Assembly: GCA_010015585.1 (NCBI GenBank)
Contig: ML975155.1
Reading direction: 5' to 3' (one strand)
Length of the DNA: 64,000 bases
From: Eremomyces bilateralis CBS 781.70
Lineage: Eukaryota
The position numbers and the translations under genes were made by a program. Below the pieces are notes generated by a model. The model worked only from the letters and a program-made list of their open reading frames with translations. It made no database searches and was not told the DNA's origin. This document shows, one piece after another, positions 61,401-64,000 of the stretch. Position 1 is the first letter of the stretch, and each line of letters begins with the position of its first letter.

Positions 61401-61646
61401 GCCGTCAATCTTAGTAGCTGCCATTTTCTCAGACGCCGACCACAATGATCTCACTGATGGTGAAGCAATTGAGGGGAGGTTGACGGGACGAGAGGGACAG
61501 CCGGTAAGCGGAGGGGTTCGAACAGATGGAACGATAGTAGCTTTTGCAAGCACATGCAACCCTGCACCACGCAAGAGAGCTTTCGGCGGTTTTCCCCGCA
61601 GTGAATAGGAACGAGATACCGCTTTCGCTCTGCAGATCGCTAGCAT
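58489..61646 (-). CDS. ADE3: Trifunctional C1-tetrahydrofolate synthase (Ade3/Mis1 type), 3 exons
   Basis: MAATKIDG (ATG 61424), [57 protein letters not shown], terminal GEIDGLF*. An upstream in-frame ATG is at 61646. Confidence 0.96.
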
Positions 61647-62235
61647 CGTGTCAACAGACCGGGAAATGGAAGTGCAGGCGATAGCGCCCCGATTGTGAGC
61701 AATTGAATTCCAAGAGCCATTGTTTCTCAGCCCTTTTGCATTTTGTACATTTCGCACATCGCAGTGAGTCAACAGTGGACACTGGATCGTGGTACAGTTA
61801 GCGGGCTGGTCTCGTCTGGTCCGTCTAGCTCTGGTAAATTTTCGTGCTGGAACCACAGAGCGGAGATGGTCTGCTTTCCGCTCCTCATGGGCGGATCCGC
61901 TTGTTTCGTGGAATGTGTCCGATGGCGGAGCGGAATTATTCACGGGACCTGTCCACCGCCAGTCCACATTCCACATTACCTCAGCAAGCTCAGGCTATTT
62001 GTGGTCGTGCCAAGGCACCGGAGCGGACTATACCTAATCGGTAAGTCACATGTGCTCCTCGAACAAATAGCCTGAGGATTCTGTCCACCTATTTCGGCGT
62101 GTGCCGTGAACTTTCATGCCAAATAGAAGACCATCTTTAACTCCATTTTTATCCACAACCACATGGTGCATCATCAATTGAATACATCCATTCGATTCCT
62201 CTGGGCTTTTTCCATAATTGATTGAATTTTGGGCC

Positions 62236-64000
62236 ATGTCGGCCCAAAACCAGCGTCGTCAGAGTGCGCGGTTGAACCCGCCCATCTTGCCTCCCGCTCC
62301 AAGTCCTCGGCATATTGCTGCTTCAAACACATCTAATGCACCTCGTCAGAAAGTAAGAAGGTCTCAAAGACGCAGTAAAGCGCAGAGAGTAAACGAGATA
62401 TGCCAATTCATGCGGAAAAAAAAAATTACATTACGAGAATTTATCCATGTCTACGCGACGACTCAAGGGTCTGGTGGTTATGGAGAGCGCCCTGCCACGC
62501 GTGCCAAACGGCTCGCCGAGGCCGTCTACGGTCAACCAGAGGTCTTAGACGCGCTGCAAGAACACCCCGCGTCTGGTGCGACAGGAATTGTCACTGTAAA
62601 GGGTCTGAGGAAGGAAATGAAGGCACTGGAAGAAGCCGGAGGTATGTTTAGTGCCTACCAAGTCGACCGTGTCCAAGAGAGAACTTCACCTGCCGGCATG
62701 GGAAGGGAGAAAGAGCCAGAGGGACAGAAAGTCGAGGACTACGAGCGTATACTGGGCGATATGCAGTTTGGGCAGATGTACGAGCAAGTTAACACTCATG
62801 CTCCTCTTCTATGTGGATTGCTTAATGGCATCATGGCGCCCAAGAGAGAGAGAAAAGATCGATCACTACGGGACCCTGTCAAATTCAACCACAGGATTGC
62901 GATAATCACGTCGATTCTCTGCTATTCTCGGGCGTCGGAAGGGAGCAACAAGTTTCCCCGCGTATTTGGTGCCTTTCTGCACTCAAATGGCGTGAAACGG
63001 CGTATCCTCGATCTTCTTCACCAGTTTGGGGTTTGTGAAGGCTACAAGGGAGTCCACAGACATCTCGAAACCGTGGCAGAACAAGCAAAGGCATCTTCAC
63101 CGCCTCTCAGCATAGACGTCGACTGATTGCAACTAGGGAACGGTCCGTCGATATGGTCAGCAACTAGATGCCTGTGTTGTGTATGACAATTTCGACTATC
63201 GAGAAGGTATTAAGCACCAGCTCATTTCAAATCATGCAGAAATGCGCTCTGTGACAACGGGAAAGGTTTTCAGAGGCGCCGATATCCCCTCTGGTGGTTT
63301 AAAGCAGTCAATGCTGCACCGCGAGGTTCCACTTACAATAGAGGATCTTCTATACTCTCCTGGTGCAGCAGTATATGACGAGACCGCCGCCAAGATTGAT
63401 ACCTACTTTATAGCGGAGGCAATTCGATCGGTATATCCACTCGCGATCAAATCTATCTTCTCTACGTCCGGTATACCTTACCCCGCTATGCCAACAGTCG
63501 AGTTACTCGAGCTTCGAAAGACAGACAGCAAGACGCTCGGTCCGATTCTCTTCAACGAAGGTACTCTAGATGGCTCCTACGAGGTTATAGAGAGCATCTA
63601 CAAGCACCAATTCCAACTAGATAATAAAGAATTCGACAACCGTCTGTTCTTGGCGTTTGGCGATCAAAAAACCTCTTCACTTATCCGATCTATGCAGGCT
63701 GAGCAAGTCGACGCGTCTATGGCGTATGATAGAAAAGACTGGCTGATAGGAGTCGCTGCTCTCTTTCACCTGCGTATGAATTTTCTATGGCTTATGCAAA
63801 AGACACATTACGGAAACATGGAGCAACAGGACGCTTCAACTCTCTATCACAACATCAACTTCTGGGGACGAAAGAATATTCCAGCGGACCGTGCAGCTTT
63901 TCAGGTTCTAGAAGAGCTAGTGCTTCACAGTTTCGACGCTCGAGTTGTTGGACTACTTTATACTCGCCTCGAGCAGTACGGCATCGATATCTCCGATCAA
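62236..64000 (+). mobile_element. DUF6589-type putative DNA transposase gene (KDZ/Dileera-like), runs off the window
   Basis: Exon 2 is open to the edge with VYDNFD, NEGTLDG, FGDQKT and LFHLRMN motifs; exon 1 has GAFLHSNGVKRRILDLLHQFGVCEGY. Probable intron at 63091-63136. Confidence 0.72.

Noticed and set aside
61647..61976. Further upstream extension of the C1-THF synthase frame (ORF from 61976)
   Set aside because: The extra sequence has no presequence character and probably lies upstream of the transcription start; likely a chance open frame.

Overview
Eukaryotic genomic DNA from a filamentous ascomycete (Pezizomycotina-type GT-AG introns of about 45-60 nt with CTRAC branch points). About 22 intact protein genes are recognisable. 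The housekeeping set is a PaaI-type thioesterase, EMC4, AP-2 beta, Ypk1/Gad8, Ada2, Bdp1, Bre1, a LaeA-like methyltransferase, Orc4, Hrq1, a Tmt1/Crg1-like methyltransferase, a DUF4203 membrane protein, an NCS1 permease, a 2OG-Fe(II) dioxygenase, Emp65/Tapt1 and C1-THF synthase, many in head-to-head pairs. An accessory-looking block at about 38.9-49.6 kb holds a HET-domain relic, a Cys-rich single-pass membrane protein, a 3.27-kb internally deleted non-canonical Helitron (Helitron2-type ends readable in the sequence), a two-domain protein with DXO/Rai1-like nuclease motifs, and a truncated TPR-SET-family gene. A DUF6589-type putative transposase runs off the right edge. No tRNA, rRNA or CRISPR was recognised. 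Family assignments come from remembered motifs, not database searches; exon boundaries were read by eye.
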